Under the pieces are notes generated by a model that worked only from the letters and a program-made list of their open reading frames with translations, ran no database searches and had not been told where the DNA came from. The position numbers were made by a program, and so were the translations under genes. Positions 34,751 to 48,213 of a stretch of 64,000 nucleotides of DNA are shown here, in pieces. Source of the DNA: Vicugna vicugna (taxonomy: Eukaryota); NCBI GenBank assembly GCA_013265495.1, contig MU057744.1:124001-188000 (forward strand), read 5' to 3'. Position 1 is the stretch's first letter. The number at the start of each line of letters is the position of its first letter.

Positions 34751-37700
34751 CTAAGGGAAGGGAAACCGACAGCTTAATGCAATGGAGACACGACAACAGA
34801 AACCAGCGAACACTGGTTTTCCGAGTTCAAATTCTGTGCGTTCCCCAGGATCATTAACGGACAAGAGCAGTCAATGCTTACGTGGATCTAACGAAACCTG
34901 GTGCATCTCAAGTAACAAAGAAACGCTGAACTACATGAGAAGTAACAAAAAAGGAGATCAGGGAATGTTCCTGCAAGGATCAAAGAGGAAAAAGTAACCA
35001 GGTTCCCAGTCCACTGAGAGATGGAAATAAAAGAGAGGACAGATTTTCTGTGATAATGAAACAAATGTCAAAAAGATCTTTGGATTTACTAGAAAAATAT
35101 CTGTAATCCATCCCCAAATCTTTTCCCCCCTCCTAATTCCTCTATCTTTCTGCTTTGGGAGTTTCTTACGAAATTAAATGGTGATGAGAATGGAAGGTTA
35201 AACGCTTCTTAAGGCTGCGACAAATAACTCCTGCCACAAATAACACAGTCACTGCCGCGTTTTCTTCCACTCGGTTTACAAAGTGGCACATTATTTATTT
35301 TCCTCAAGGAAATTCTCTCATTGTTATAAATCAGTGTCTGAAAACTTTTTTAAAGAATACATGCACAAGGTAAAAATCATTCAGTATTGGGCTATATGGT
35401 GAAAAAAGCCAACCTCCCTCGTGTCCAGGGCCCCCTAGTCCTCCGAACTCCCCTCCCCACTGTTAGCAGCTGCTTCACGGCCTTTAAAACTCCCAACAGG
35501 GACTGGCCAAGTCCTGCCCTGGGGCCAGATCTGGCCTGCCTGGGTTAAGAAAACTCTACTGGAACACAGCTATGCCCATTTGTTCACATCTGGCCTTTGC
35601 CAGATTTCACACCTACAATGATACAGTCAAGACTACAAGGGCCACAAAGCCCAAAATACTTACTAGCTGCCCCTACAGAAACTGCTTGCTCTTGCAATGA
35701 GCTGTAATGGAAAAGAAACTGAAAAAAATATGTATGTGTGTATATGTATAACGGAATTGCTTTGCTGTACACCTGAAACTAACACTGTAAATCAATTACA
35801 CGTCAATAAAAAATAAGAATTAAAAAAAAAGAAAATGTTTGCAACCCTTGTTCTAGAGGAATTTTATCGGCTGACTCTAGAGATGTGATACGCAAATTTA
35901 AAATGAAAACACTAGCAACTTCACTTTTAAGTGAACAAGAGGAAGCATAATACAGAGTCGGACTCCTGATTTTTTTTTTCCACTTAATCTATCTTAGGGG
36001 ATTCCTCCTTATCAGTCATACAGATTTCTAAGCTGAATAGTATTCCACTGTATTCATGAATTGTAACTAATGTAATTCCTAGTCTTTTGCTATTACCAAC
36101 AAGTGAATACACTGATTATAAACAAAAATTTAAATGTCTACTTATTTTTCATCAATGCAATATATCATTGGAGAATACCATTTAATTATTTCTATCTTCT
36201 ATTATAAATATTTCCATAACAAATTTCTTTGCGGCTACATATTTTTCCTTGGGACCTATACTTAGAGCCCGAATCAGTTAGTTCTCCAAACTCGTAGTCA
36301 AACTGTTTCCCGAGATAACTGTGCCAATGTTTCCAGCAGTGCATAAGGACATGAATTTCACTGTTTTCCAAGAATTGGTTTGAGTTATAAAACAGACTAT
36401 TTCTGTCTGTACTTTTTTTTGGTATACACTTTCTATATATCAACATTCAACTTCTTTTCAAATACTCCATCACCCAGACAGACTTTCACCCACCTCGCAA
36501 ATTAAGAAGCCTAGACAAAGGTGGAGTTAAAGGAATTACCACGAAAGCAGAAGAGGGAAGAAGAAAAATTCATCTGAAGAAAAAGCAAAAAACAAGAAGA
36601 ATGAAAGTATCTCGGAGGTCGGGACTAGGGGAAAGAGAAGAGGGTCAGGGAGCAGAGTCCCAGGCTGAGGACCACATGGGCTCCCTCCCCCGCCCCCAGC
36701 CCCATTTCCCTACGCCCCTCAGGGCGCTGTCTCCACCTCCTCACCTTCCTCTCTGGGTTGAACAGGAGCCAACCCAGCCTCTCTCTCACCTGAAATGCTT
36801 TGCAGAGGTCACCAATGATTAGGCGTGTCCCAGCCCAGCTTTCCTTCTTCCCTGTTCTACCCACACTACTTGCCGAGGTGATTTATTCAAGTACAGGGGC
36901 TTAAAAACACCACAGGCAATAACTCCTGTGCTACAGAATAGCCCGTAACTTGAAAAACACACCTCTGAGTCCTGACCTCTCCCCTGGCTACAAACTTCGA
37001 TCCCGCTGTCCGCCTGCCGTCTCCACTCGGGTGCCTAGTAGGGGCTGCAAAATACGCCACGCCTAACACGCAAGGTCTGGTCCTTTCTGCTGTGCCAGAA
37101 CAATCTCCTTTCTAGGTCTTCCTCGTGCCCAAAACTGGCACCAGGATCCGGCTGTTCAAGGTGAAAACCTACAAGCCATGCTTAACTTCTCTCTCTCCTT
37201 CATCCACCACACCGCACATCAGTAAGCATGGCTAAGGCCACCGTAACTGCTTCCACCGTTACTGAAACCATCCTAGTCTGGGTCACACGCGGTGGGCGCC
37301 CAAGTCACCACTGCTTGTGCTACCAGCCCCCTCGAGTCTCCTTCCCACAGGGCCAGCATTGGGCTTCAGAAAACTACACACGGATCATGTCAGCTCTGTG
37401 TGGAACTTCCTATCAGCTGTCTATCTCAGGATAGAATCTAAACACCTCCTCCTGGCCCACAGGGCTGCACATGACTTCTGTTTACCACATTTTCACCGAA
37501 ATGGTTTCTTTCTGTTCCTGGAAAGCACAAGTGTACTTCCCTCTCAGAGCAGTTCTCCACCTGCGTGATTCTGCCCGCTACAGGATATCTGGCCCAGTCT
37601 GGACGCATCTGTGGTTGTCACAACCATGCGGCGCTGCTGCCATCCAGTAGGTACAGGCCAGAGAGGCTGTAACATTCCAGACTGCACGGATAGCGCCCCG

Positions 37701-40700
37701 CCCCCAACACAGCAAAGAATTATCTGGCCCAAATGTCAGGGATTCCAAGTCTGATAAACTCTAGCAGAGAATATGCGCAGTTCTCTCCGCCTGCGACCCT
37801 TTTACAGACTGAATGTTCGGTGCTGAAGCCCTAATTCCCAGTGTGATAGGATTTGGAGCCAGGGCCTTCAGGGAGGTGATTAAGGTTAAATGAAATCATA
37901 AGGGTGGGGCCCTAATCCAACAGGGCTGTGTCCTCATCAGAAGAGGAAGAGAAACCAGAAGAGTCCATCTCCCTGTGCACAGGGGAGCCACAGCAGCGGC
38001 ATTCTGTCGGCTACAGAGAAGCCGCAGGAGAACCACGCGCGGCGGCGATGCGGGTCTGGGCTCCGGCCTCGGAGCTGTGAGAAGGTGCCCTGCGGCCGTT
38101 TAAGCCTCCCAGCTTACCTCTGCCTGTTGAAATGACAACAAAGGATTCAGAGTACTGTGGAAACGTAGTGTACAGAACAGCAGCAGGTTCTGAGCAAACT
38201 GACTCCAGCTCGGAAAGACATCCTACTGTGGGTGCAGCGCTATCCCACAGCCGCGCGGGGGCCGCGCGGGGAAGGGAGTCAACAGGCGCGGCCAGCTCCC
38301 TTGCCGTCTCACTTTCAGAGATCGCCACAGCCACCCCAACCTCCGGCAGCCAGCAGCCTTCAAGCCGGAGGCAAAGCAACTCCGCCTGCAAACCTTAGGA
38401 CTCACTGAAGGCTCAGGCGGTGGTCAGCATCCTTCGCAGTATTTTTTAACTGAGGCACATACGCTGCTGCTTTAGGCACGACGCGGCCGCAGCTCAGACG
38501 GCAGCGCGGTGCGAAGGAAACGGAAACATTCACGTGGCTCGCTTCAGTGTGACACTCGCTGCGTCGTGTCTGGAAACGAGCCTGCGGCAGCGACTCCGAA
38601 GTCGGCCCACCTCGGCACGGCAGCCGCACGGCGCCCCGCCCGCACGTCCGCACCCTCTCACCCCCTCCGCGCACGCGGGTCCCCAGGGACGCGCGGTCTC
38701 CCCACCGTGCTCCCCACCACCCAGGTGGGACGAGTTTGGGGGGAAGAGGAGTGTAAGCTCCATCAAAGTGAATACGACGGTTTGAGAGAACTGTTTCTTA
38801 ACTAAATCTCTATAGATGAGGGAAATAAGCCAGAGGGATAAAGAACTTGCCTGAAAACACACCGATACAATTCATGGGAGCCCCACTGCAGCACAAACTG
38901 CTCATGTTTAAGTAAAGGAAGGTCAGAACACCTACTTTCTCTCTCTTTCTTCTTTAAACGCTTTCTCCTCCGATCAATGGAAGCTACTTCAGATTTTAAT
39001 GACAGATAATGTTTTCTGATTTCTTGTAGTTTTTCTTGAAGAACCGTGATGCGTTCAGCACTTGTCATATTTTCCAGGTCCGCTGTGAATTGAAAACTTT
39101 CATGAATATGCATTTTTGAACAAAATTTTCAAATATAAAAGAGAACATATAGTGTTGTAGAATGAGGTCAAGACAGAGGAACTAAAAATGAGGTTTGTAA
39201 ATATATGTCTGCCTAAGTTTTTTTTCCCCTAGCTTAGAACAATGCCTGGCACTAACATACGCATGGCATTTTGTGACTGAATGAGTGTGCAGAATTAAAG
39301 GTCTCATGACCTAAACATGAAGGTTAGAAATTCCACATTCATGCACAGTATCACCACACTGTATCATTAAAAATCATACTCAGAAATAAGACTGCAAAGA
39401 CACCAAAATGTTCAAACTGCTATATTTTTGAGAGTTAGGACTGTGGATAAATTTTTCTTGTCCTTTGTTAGATTTTTTCATAAGAATGCGTAACTATTAA
39501 CTTGGAGGAAAAATTTCAAATGCTCTAAAGCTATTTTTAATCTCCTAAGAATATTTCCCTGTGTGAGAAACTCTGGAGTAGTCTCCTCCCTCCAAAAACA
39601 AAATGTGTAATGGATATTCTCATACACACAGAAGCACAGACAGCAGAGCCACACACACTCATCACCCAGCTTCAGGAATCAGCAGTTTGCAGCAAACTCT
39701 GTCCCATTTGTACCTTGGCCACGCCCAACCCCAACACCAGGTTTTTTTAAGGCAAATTCCCAGTACTGTAACAGAAATATCTAGTCAACATTGATGCCTC
39801 AATGTCTTTAAATTTATCATTTAGCAATTTTTTATTCAAATCCAGATCCAAATAAGGTCTCCGCAGCGCCATGGTTACTGTGTCTCCAGGCCCGGTCACA
39901 GCCACTTCCCCAGCATCGCCCGCAGCCAGGGGGGCCGGGCTCACGCACCTACTGCTGAACCAGGGAGCAGGCGCGCGGCACTTACACATCTGAAAGCTCC
40001 ACTTATAAACTTTGGGTAGTCGGCTGCTGGCTTCCTTGAGGTCAGGGTCCTTGTCGCCATTCTTCCCGCACTTCCCTGGGGACTGTGTCCTCGCAGGGGA
40101 CTTGGCGCCATGAGACTTCAGCCCAGAGGAGGCCGACTTGACAGGCTGGGTCTTCACTGCGCTTTCACCAGCAGAGAGCTCCTCACTGTCACTGCTGTTT
40201 GCTGAAAGAAAAAGAAAAGCACCAAAGGATGTCACAGATTTTAGTGGACAATTTAAAATTAGCCATTTGCATGTGTTACTACAGTAAACAATCTGCCTTG
40301 CAGACCCTGCCTACAAACCAGGAAAGTCATCAAGCACAAACGCAGCAGCAGCTCAGGAAAACAAAAGCCAAAACCTCTTCTTACCTGAAGTACCAATAAT
40401 ATGTTTTTTTAAAAAAACACCCAAACTAACCTTGTTACACCTGGCAGAGCATCCCGTGCACAGTACCTATCTGCATGCTCTTTCCTTCTGTGTTAGCATG
40501 TCTAACGAAGAATACAGCACCTTTTAAAATGGCTCAAAATGGAGACTTCTTAAATTTTATACTTTGAACAGTGCAGACTGCGTACAGGACACTTTCCTAC
40601 ACCTTTAGCCATGAACAATGCATAATCGTCAGATTCAATACGGGATTCTTCGGGAATAAACTTTAAACTTTGATATATACAACAGATTTCTTATGAAACT

Positions 40701-43700
40701 CCTACATAAGAGATTGTTGACTAAAATAAACCAACAGTTTTATCCCGGTAAGTATTTCAATAATTTATGAAGAATTCAAAAGTCTATACTATAATTCTGC
40801 TACATTTGCCTTGGCTGATTAAAGCCTCAGCACCAGACTGAAAGTGCTTAACACCCTGACCAATGACCATGTGAACAGGTGACAGGACTGATACTTCCAT
40901 AAACCACCTCTGTCTGGATATAAAGTCGTATTTTAGATTCCATGAGAGTTAATTCACTTTACTAAATTATTCGAGGACAACTGTTTCCCCATTCTGATTC
41001 ACCAAGATGTAAGCCCAATAATTAAAATGGGAGCATACACGATCAACTGCTAAGTCTCTAAATTATCTGAATGTGTTAACTGCCTTGAAGATGAGCCCTC
41101 TTAGAGAATGTCATTTAAATGGTAAAATCTTGAAGACAAAAATATCACAGTGTAATAAAAAACATTCTGAATATCCTGTCAGTTACTCCAAATAACTGAT
41201 GGTCAGTTTGGCATCAAGTTTATTTTCATTTATCAATTCTTCTCGGAACAACAGCTACCCAAAAAAAAAGAAAAAAAAAAGGCAAATTTAGGCTCTAAAA
41301 GCCTGAAAAGTGTTCCAGATAGGAAAGATACATAGCTAGTACCCCCACTGTGGAGCTGGAGGAATAAAGAAACTCCACCACTCTTTTACACACATCTTAA
41401 AAGCCTCCCTTCCCCGTCCCCCCACTGCTGCTCTGGAAGCCCTGGCAACTCCTAGCTAAGCCACCCCAGGCGTGGCCCCACTCTGATGCAGTGGTCTGCC
41501 TCAGCTTGGCTTTCGTGGCCTTGCTGAGCACAGCCGCCCGGGGCCCCGAAGGATGCCATATTCACCGCCTGGAAGTCATAAGGGCTCAGCAGAACCTCGG
41601 GGAGCTGGCCGCATAAGCCTTTTCTGCACTGAAGTGCAGCCAAGCCGGCCAAAGGTCAGGCAGTGGAGGTGGCAGGAGTCTCCTGGAAGAGCAGCAGGAG
41701 GTCAGTGTGGGACACCTGAAAAAAAATTCTTTACATATTTTCTGCTTCTTACTTTGTCTACAAAAGAGAGATAAAATGTGCAGCTCTCAGGAGAAATACA
41801 GTATATATATATTCCTGTAGGTCGATGAACAGAGTCATTGTAAAGTTATCAGTTAGAACACACTTAACCCAAGTATTCTCACAGCTGCTCTTGCGTACGC
41901 AGTTTATGATACCAAAGACAAAGGCAGTAGACTGGAGTTACGGGAATTACAATTCTACACTATCTTGACTGCTCTCTTCTAGGCTGATTTTGCCTGGAGA
42001 ATCACAAAGCAATCAAATTCATTGTAATAAAAGTGTAACTGAAGCCTTTCATAATTCGTAATATAGATAACCACAAAAGAACTGCTGAACATAACACAAA
42101 GACGCAGATGTTTATATTATATTGGCTATTTTTTTTTAAGAGATTACCTGATCATTCATCAGCAATGGATACCCCTGCTGAAGAACTAAATTGCTTAATC
42201 CTAGGGTTTACCTAGGATCAGAAGACTTCTGCGTAATTTTCTGGGGTAGAGACAAAATCAGAGTATTGAACTATCCCCATATGCTGAATAACCTTTTCTT
42301 AGTGGAGAAAAAAACATATCCATCATTATCTTTATGTTTAAAAATGAGAGATTTCACACTTACTGCCTTTTCCCTTCTTTTTGTTGTTTACCACCGTTGC
42401 TTTATGGCTTCGCTTCTGCTTTTTTGATGAACTTCCTCCTCCCTGAGCTTCTTTCACTCTTTTCTGGCCTGTACAGGCTTTGATGGGAAAGGAATTAAGT
42501 TAACACAAAATAAAACCAAGCTTTCCTCAGGTACAAATTAATTTTGCATTTTAGAAGAACAGGGCAATTCTGAAAATACACATGTTCTTTATGTGATTTA
42601 TAAACTATCATAGAAATTACTACAATTTAAAAAATAAACTGTCATTAATGAGCTGAATTACTGCACATAATGAAATTAGTTTTTAAAAAAGAAAATAAAG
42701 TATGTACATTTTTCTTAGAAAAATCATATATAAACTGAAAGTAGTTCTCAATATAGTACTGGGGTTTATGAGTCTAGTAATTCTAAAACAGGTCTATGCT
42801 GAAAATAAAAGCTGAAATGTGTTAAAATTCAATAAAACCAGAATAATTACAAATTAAAATATAAATGCTTTATCTTAAAATGATATTAATGAAATTTTAA
42901 AATGATACAATATTAATGGAATTTTAGTAGCAAGTCACACATAATATATAATAAATTTATGATAAATTGTTTTTATCATAATTAGTAACAACAACTTAGC
43001 TCCTAAGGACAATGGTTAATAGGTACACCATTTACAAATCCAGCACAGCAGTTCTAAGAAACATTGCATCTTCTTGGTAGAAAGTTATCCCAAAACATAA
43101 ATATCTCCCTTTTCTTCAAGGAACAGTCCGAGTCCTTCCTTCCCTGCTGCTCACTCCAGACTATACTTCCTGTACTGCTAATTTGAGCCTCAGCACCCGC
43201 TGTGTTTCTCTGTCTAATTACGTATATTGCTTCTTACACCACACAGTACAGTCTCTGTCCTAGGATTAACAGTCTTATCTCCATTCAGTTCCAACGTCAG
43301 ATACTATGATGATACAATGTAATTAATACTATGATAAAATTATGCCAATTGTTACCAAAAAAAAGTTTCTTAGTCCCATTACAATGGTAAAATCAACCAT
43401 GGGTATACAAGACGTGGCTTTGTTAGAAAAATTGGAACAGGCTTATTAACTGTTTTATTTGCAACTTCTTAGTTTTCTTTGTTTATGGGTTACAGTTAAT
43501 TGAATAACTTTTCCTAACTATTTTAATGTAACAAAGTGAAACATAAAGAAGGTGATTTAGATACTGTCTATATTCAAGTACAGAATCTTAAAAGTAACTA
43601 CCAGATTTCTCTCCAAGAGTGTAATTCTGAAACTTTCCGCTATAAGAAATATTTATGAAAATGAGGCTATATGAAATAGGTGCTTAAGAATTTATTTCTG

Positions 43701-46700
43701 AAGAGATATAAATTCTAAAAAATACTATAACATGATTTGATTTGATAAGGCCGATAAACCCTAAATATAGGAGTAGTTCTAAAACTGCTTACTTTTTAAC
43801 TTCGTCAAGATTAAAATTCAAAAGGGCAATACTGACTTAGTCTATCACAAGATAAGCTATCAGATCTCTTTTTAAAAAAATAGATTTTAATCTTTCATGA
43901 GATATGAGCAACATGGTGAGAACCCAACCTCTTTAGAATTATAACTATTAAAACTTTATCATATTATTGTTCAAAGTCTCTCTAATCATCTGTGATAAAG
44001 GCCTCTTTAATTTTGAAGATTACTCTTCTTATGTCTGGGTACTTCAGTTCCACGAGATAGTACAGCACACAAATATAATCATAGTAGCCACATATGTGAA
44101 TGCAAAACAAAAAATACCCAATAAACAAAGAACATCGAAATTTAATGGCAACCATTTAAAAAAAATTTTTAAATAGCAGTACTGGGGATTGAACCCAGAA
44201 TCTCATGCATACTAAGCGTGTGCTCTGCCACGGACCTAACTTCCCTCCTCCCTCAATACTTTTTTTTTAAAGAATGTTTTAAGTCAAAATTTGTGTGATA
44301 ATGTTATGTCAATTGTATCTCAAGAAAACTGGGAAAAGGAAAAAAAAGATTTGTGAGAGAAGACTTGGAAATAACTCATCTGATCTAGACCATTTTTCTT
44401 TAAGTTCAGCTAAAACCCTAAAGCTAGCATAATAAAACGTGGTGTGTTACAGAAAATGCACACCCTAGTGCTCTGTCTTTACACTGGAAAAGTGAGGTTC
44501 AGAGCCAAGGGGCAGCCCAGGGCACACTGACTTAAAGACACCTGAACTCAGCGGTTTGTGAGGAAAATGGCAGAAGTGCAGCTCCGGCACCACCAAAAGG
44601 CACTAACTACTACCTTGGGGAAGTACTCACTCCAAGGTCCACTTCTAGCAACTTCACAGAGCACCTAGGAAGCATCTCTGCACCTGCATGTGCATTAACA
44701 TGTACACTGGTCTTTCAATTTGGAAGCTATGCACCTAAGCAAGCATCAGTTCCCTCACCAACTCACATCCTGAGTCAGGCTTGAAAATCAGTTTGGCCCG
44801 TTGTCTGCAGACAGCATGCCTGGCTGCTCCCAACCCCTACACAGTACTCGGTTAAAGGAGGAGGGGGTCTGTCAATAAATCAAAGTGTTTGTGAGACACT
44901 GGGCACTACAGTGGCAAAAACAAGGCTACAGAAATGTATCTAAGCTGCTCATGCCACGCGGTCAGCCAGCATACGTGCACTCCCCATAGGTCTGGATGTG
45001 GGCCCGGGTGCAATCTCTAGCACGCGTCCTGGTCCACCGTGAAGTGTCACGGACGGCTGAAGCAAAGGACATTAAGTCCTTTTCAAGCTTTTCAATGCAT
45101 TCTGCTATTCATGATACAAATCACCTTTCAAACTTCCATTCTGACCATGTTCACACAAGTCCGCCACCTACACACCTCCCACTGTACTGAGAGATACTGT
45201 AAACCCACTGCGACTGCAAGGGGGGAAGTCCTCAAGCAAGGCCTCCCGGGCGGCGCCCCCACCTTTCTCGGGATGCTCAGGCTCGGGCTGGGCGCTGCTG
45301 CTGGAGCTCACGCTGGCATCGCAGCCGGCTGGCGAGCTGTTCCCCTCCGACTGCAGGTCCTGGAGCTCCCCGGCGACACTGTCCACCTCGATTGTGCTGT
45401 CAGTTTCACTCTTGATGCTCCGAATTTCCTCCTGGTTTGGAGCCAGTGGCTCTGACGCTGTCACCACAGACTGCTGCCGGCTGGCTTCCGTCACAGTGAC
45501 CGAGGAAGGCGACTCGGGTGTAGTGGGAGGGGTGTTCAGCACTGAATTGCTGCCACTACTTGGAAATTCTGATTTCTTGTCACTGACCTCCACCGGCTTC
45601 TCCTCGGCAGGCTTAGGCTCGGCACCGGGAGGCGGCGGTGTCCCCAGCTCGGCGCCGGGTGAGCAGCTCTCCTCCTCGGCCACCGTCTGCAGTGACCCCT
45701 CGGCCGGGCCCTCCTCGGGGGCAGGGTGCGGCGGGGAGGCTGCAGCCTCCGTGTCAGAGTCTGAGAAAAGCTCCTTCAGCGTTTTCTTAGGCCACTGTCC
45801 CTGAATACTTGACCATACATCTTTTCGATCTTTTGCTCTGCTGTTCTGAAGCCTCTCATCAGAGTTATTTAAAAGTTTTATCCTTTTTTCTGCAACTTCT
45901 GAAAATCCTGAATAGAAACCTGTCGTCCGCAGAGATTTTCTTTTTTCCTCCAAACCGTTGTATTTCTTAGTTGGTGTCATCTTTGCTTTCGATTTTTCTT
46001 CTTCGTCTTCATCTGAAGAGCTGTTGCTGCTGTTTTCCACGCAGAGGGAGTCTTTGCCCTTGGCCTTGTCCTCCTTCCTGCCAGGCGACCCTGTCTTCAG
46101 ACACTCCTCCGCACTGCAGTACCTTCTCTTCCCACGTTTCCCCGCTGCCTTCGGACATTTATCTGTGTGGTCCTTCTTGACATCCTTTCTCTTTTTCGTG
46201 ATCTCATCATCTTCTTCATAATCAGTATCTTCCGATAGTCCTTCTATGTCTTTTCTTAATCTCTCTGGAGATTTCGATAAGGGTTTGGCTATTACCAAAT
46301 CTGCATGGCCTTTATTTTCTTCTAGCAAAGATGAACTATTCTGTTCCTCCTTTGAAATAAGATCGTTTCTAGCGTGGGTCAAATGATCAACCTTAGACTC
46401 CTCTTTGCCATTGTTATCTATGTCTTGAACACCTGTCTCATCCTCTTGCTCACTGTCTTCTGCAGAACTTTCAGAAGCTGGAAAAGAAGAGAGAGATGAG
46501 GGTGGTAAGAACACTAGATGTTGTCCCTGTGCAGCTGGAACACACACACAGTATGGCCTGTGTTTGGAACCACCCCAGGCCGCTAGGCTTCCTCCTCATT
46601 TTACCACGAAGGAAATGGAGCTGCAGGGAGTTAAGACCCTCACCTAACGACGGAAATGTTGTGTCATGACTGTAGTGGTAGCTGTCCTACTGTATACTTC

Positions 46701-48175
46701 TGCCAAAACTCATCAAATTGTAAACATACAAGTTGTGACTTTTATTGTTTGTGAATTATACCTCAATAAAACATTGTAAAAAAGAAACTTCTCTGAATTT
46801 AAGAGCAGAAAGCAGCAGAGTCAGGATGCAATCCCAGGCTGCTTTAACTCCAGTCTCTCTTCTTATAGAAGTGTAGCCTTCATTTCCAAAGTAGCAATGA
46901 TCACTCAAAGATTCTGTGAACAATGCATTTCCACAAGAGAAGCTTTACAGGACAACACAACTAACTTAAGTAATCAAGGCCTTATAAAAACATATCTACA
47001 TAATTTATTTCTTAAATGTTCGTTTTAGTAAATAAATTCAACTAAGTACAAAATAATAGCTCTTATTATGATTTTAGCATAACATTTACTGAGAAGCTGC
47101 TATGCGCCAGGTACTTTGACAAGCTTCGCACCGGCCATCTCACCCATTCTCATGCTAATCCTATGGCACATATACAGGTCTTAGCCACACTTTATCTGGA
47201 GAGGTTAAGTAAGCTTCCCCAGACAGCTGGAGTAAGGCAAGACCAAATCAAATCTCAGTCATTTGACTCCAGAACTTAGAATCTTAACTGTAACACTCTA
47301 ACCAAAAACCCATGTGTGTTCTTTAGCTAGGTTTATTAAGAGCAGAAACTAACTGATACAATAAAGGTAGTTCAAAATATTTAATCTTTTCACTGTGTTC
47401 TCACATTGCCAAGGTTTTTAAATTATCAAAGTAATACATATACATGGTTAAAACAAACTGAGACTCAGAATAAACACCAATGGTTCCTTTTCTCTTCCCT
47501 CCCCAGCCTCCTCGATCTTATAACTGTTTTTTCTGATAGTTACCATCAGCTCTTAATAGCTGATCTATGAAGTTTGGTCTGCTAAAAGCAATGAGGATTT
47601 TCTCTCTTATTAATACCTTCACTCCCTTCTGCCATACTTTCCATACATTTATCTTTAGTTCATTAGAGTATAGCATATATAAACGTGTTTCACATCCCAG
47701 TGAACAGTACACTTGATACTTCTTTCTTGTACAGCTTTTTATTTTTCTAAGAATTTCCGTAAGTCCTTTTCTACACGTTATGTCTTTCTTTTTTATATCT
47801 TTCACATTTATTTCAATTGCTCCAGGAAGTCAAGCGTTCTGTCCAGTTCCCTATTCCCGAAGTCTCCCTTCCCAGTGATCTATTTTCTGCCCCATCTGGC
47901 TGGTCGCTCACTGCGTCTGCTCTTCAGTTTTGAAGGTACCGCTCTTTTGCTTATAATGTTCAAAACACTACCTTCATTTGTCTTCTCACTCATTTGTGGT
48001 GATTTTTTTTTTATTCCTGATACTTTATAATTTCATAACTCTATGGCTTGGATCTCTCTTCATTAATTTATCAGGTTACTTGGTGGGCTCTTTCCATTTA
48101 AAGGTTCGTATCTGTCAGTTCTGAAAATACTTCCTATTTAGTTACTTTTTCCACCCAAGGCTTATTTAATCCTAG

Positions 48176-48213
<38 letters not shown>

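Noticed and set aside
42464..42479. Alternative in-frame acceptor 9 nt inside the ARID4B exon (aag|cctgtacag|gccag)
   Set aside because: Possible 3-residue microvariant, but the sequence alone gives no evidence of use
42875..42981. AT-rich inverted repeat (ttatgataaa/tttatcataa) and imperfect tandem duplication
   Set aside because: Low-complexity AT-rich context makes chance or slippage likely
45039..46221. Plus-strand ORFs (138, 136, 87, 69 aa) as an antisense gene
   Set aside because: Shadow ORFs antisense to the ARID4B large exon; no independent splice or promoter support
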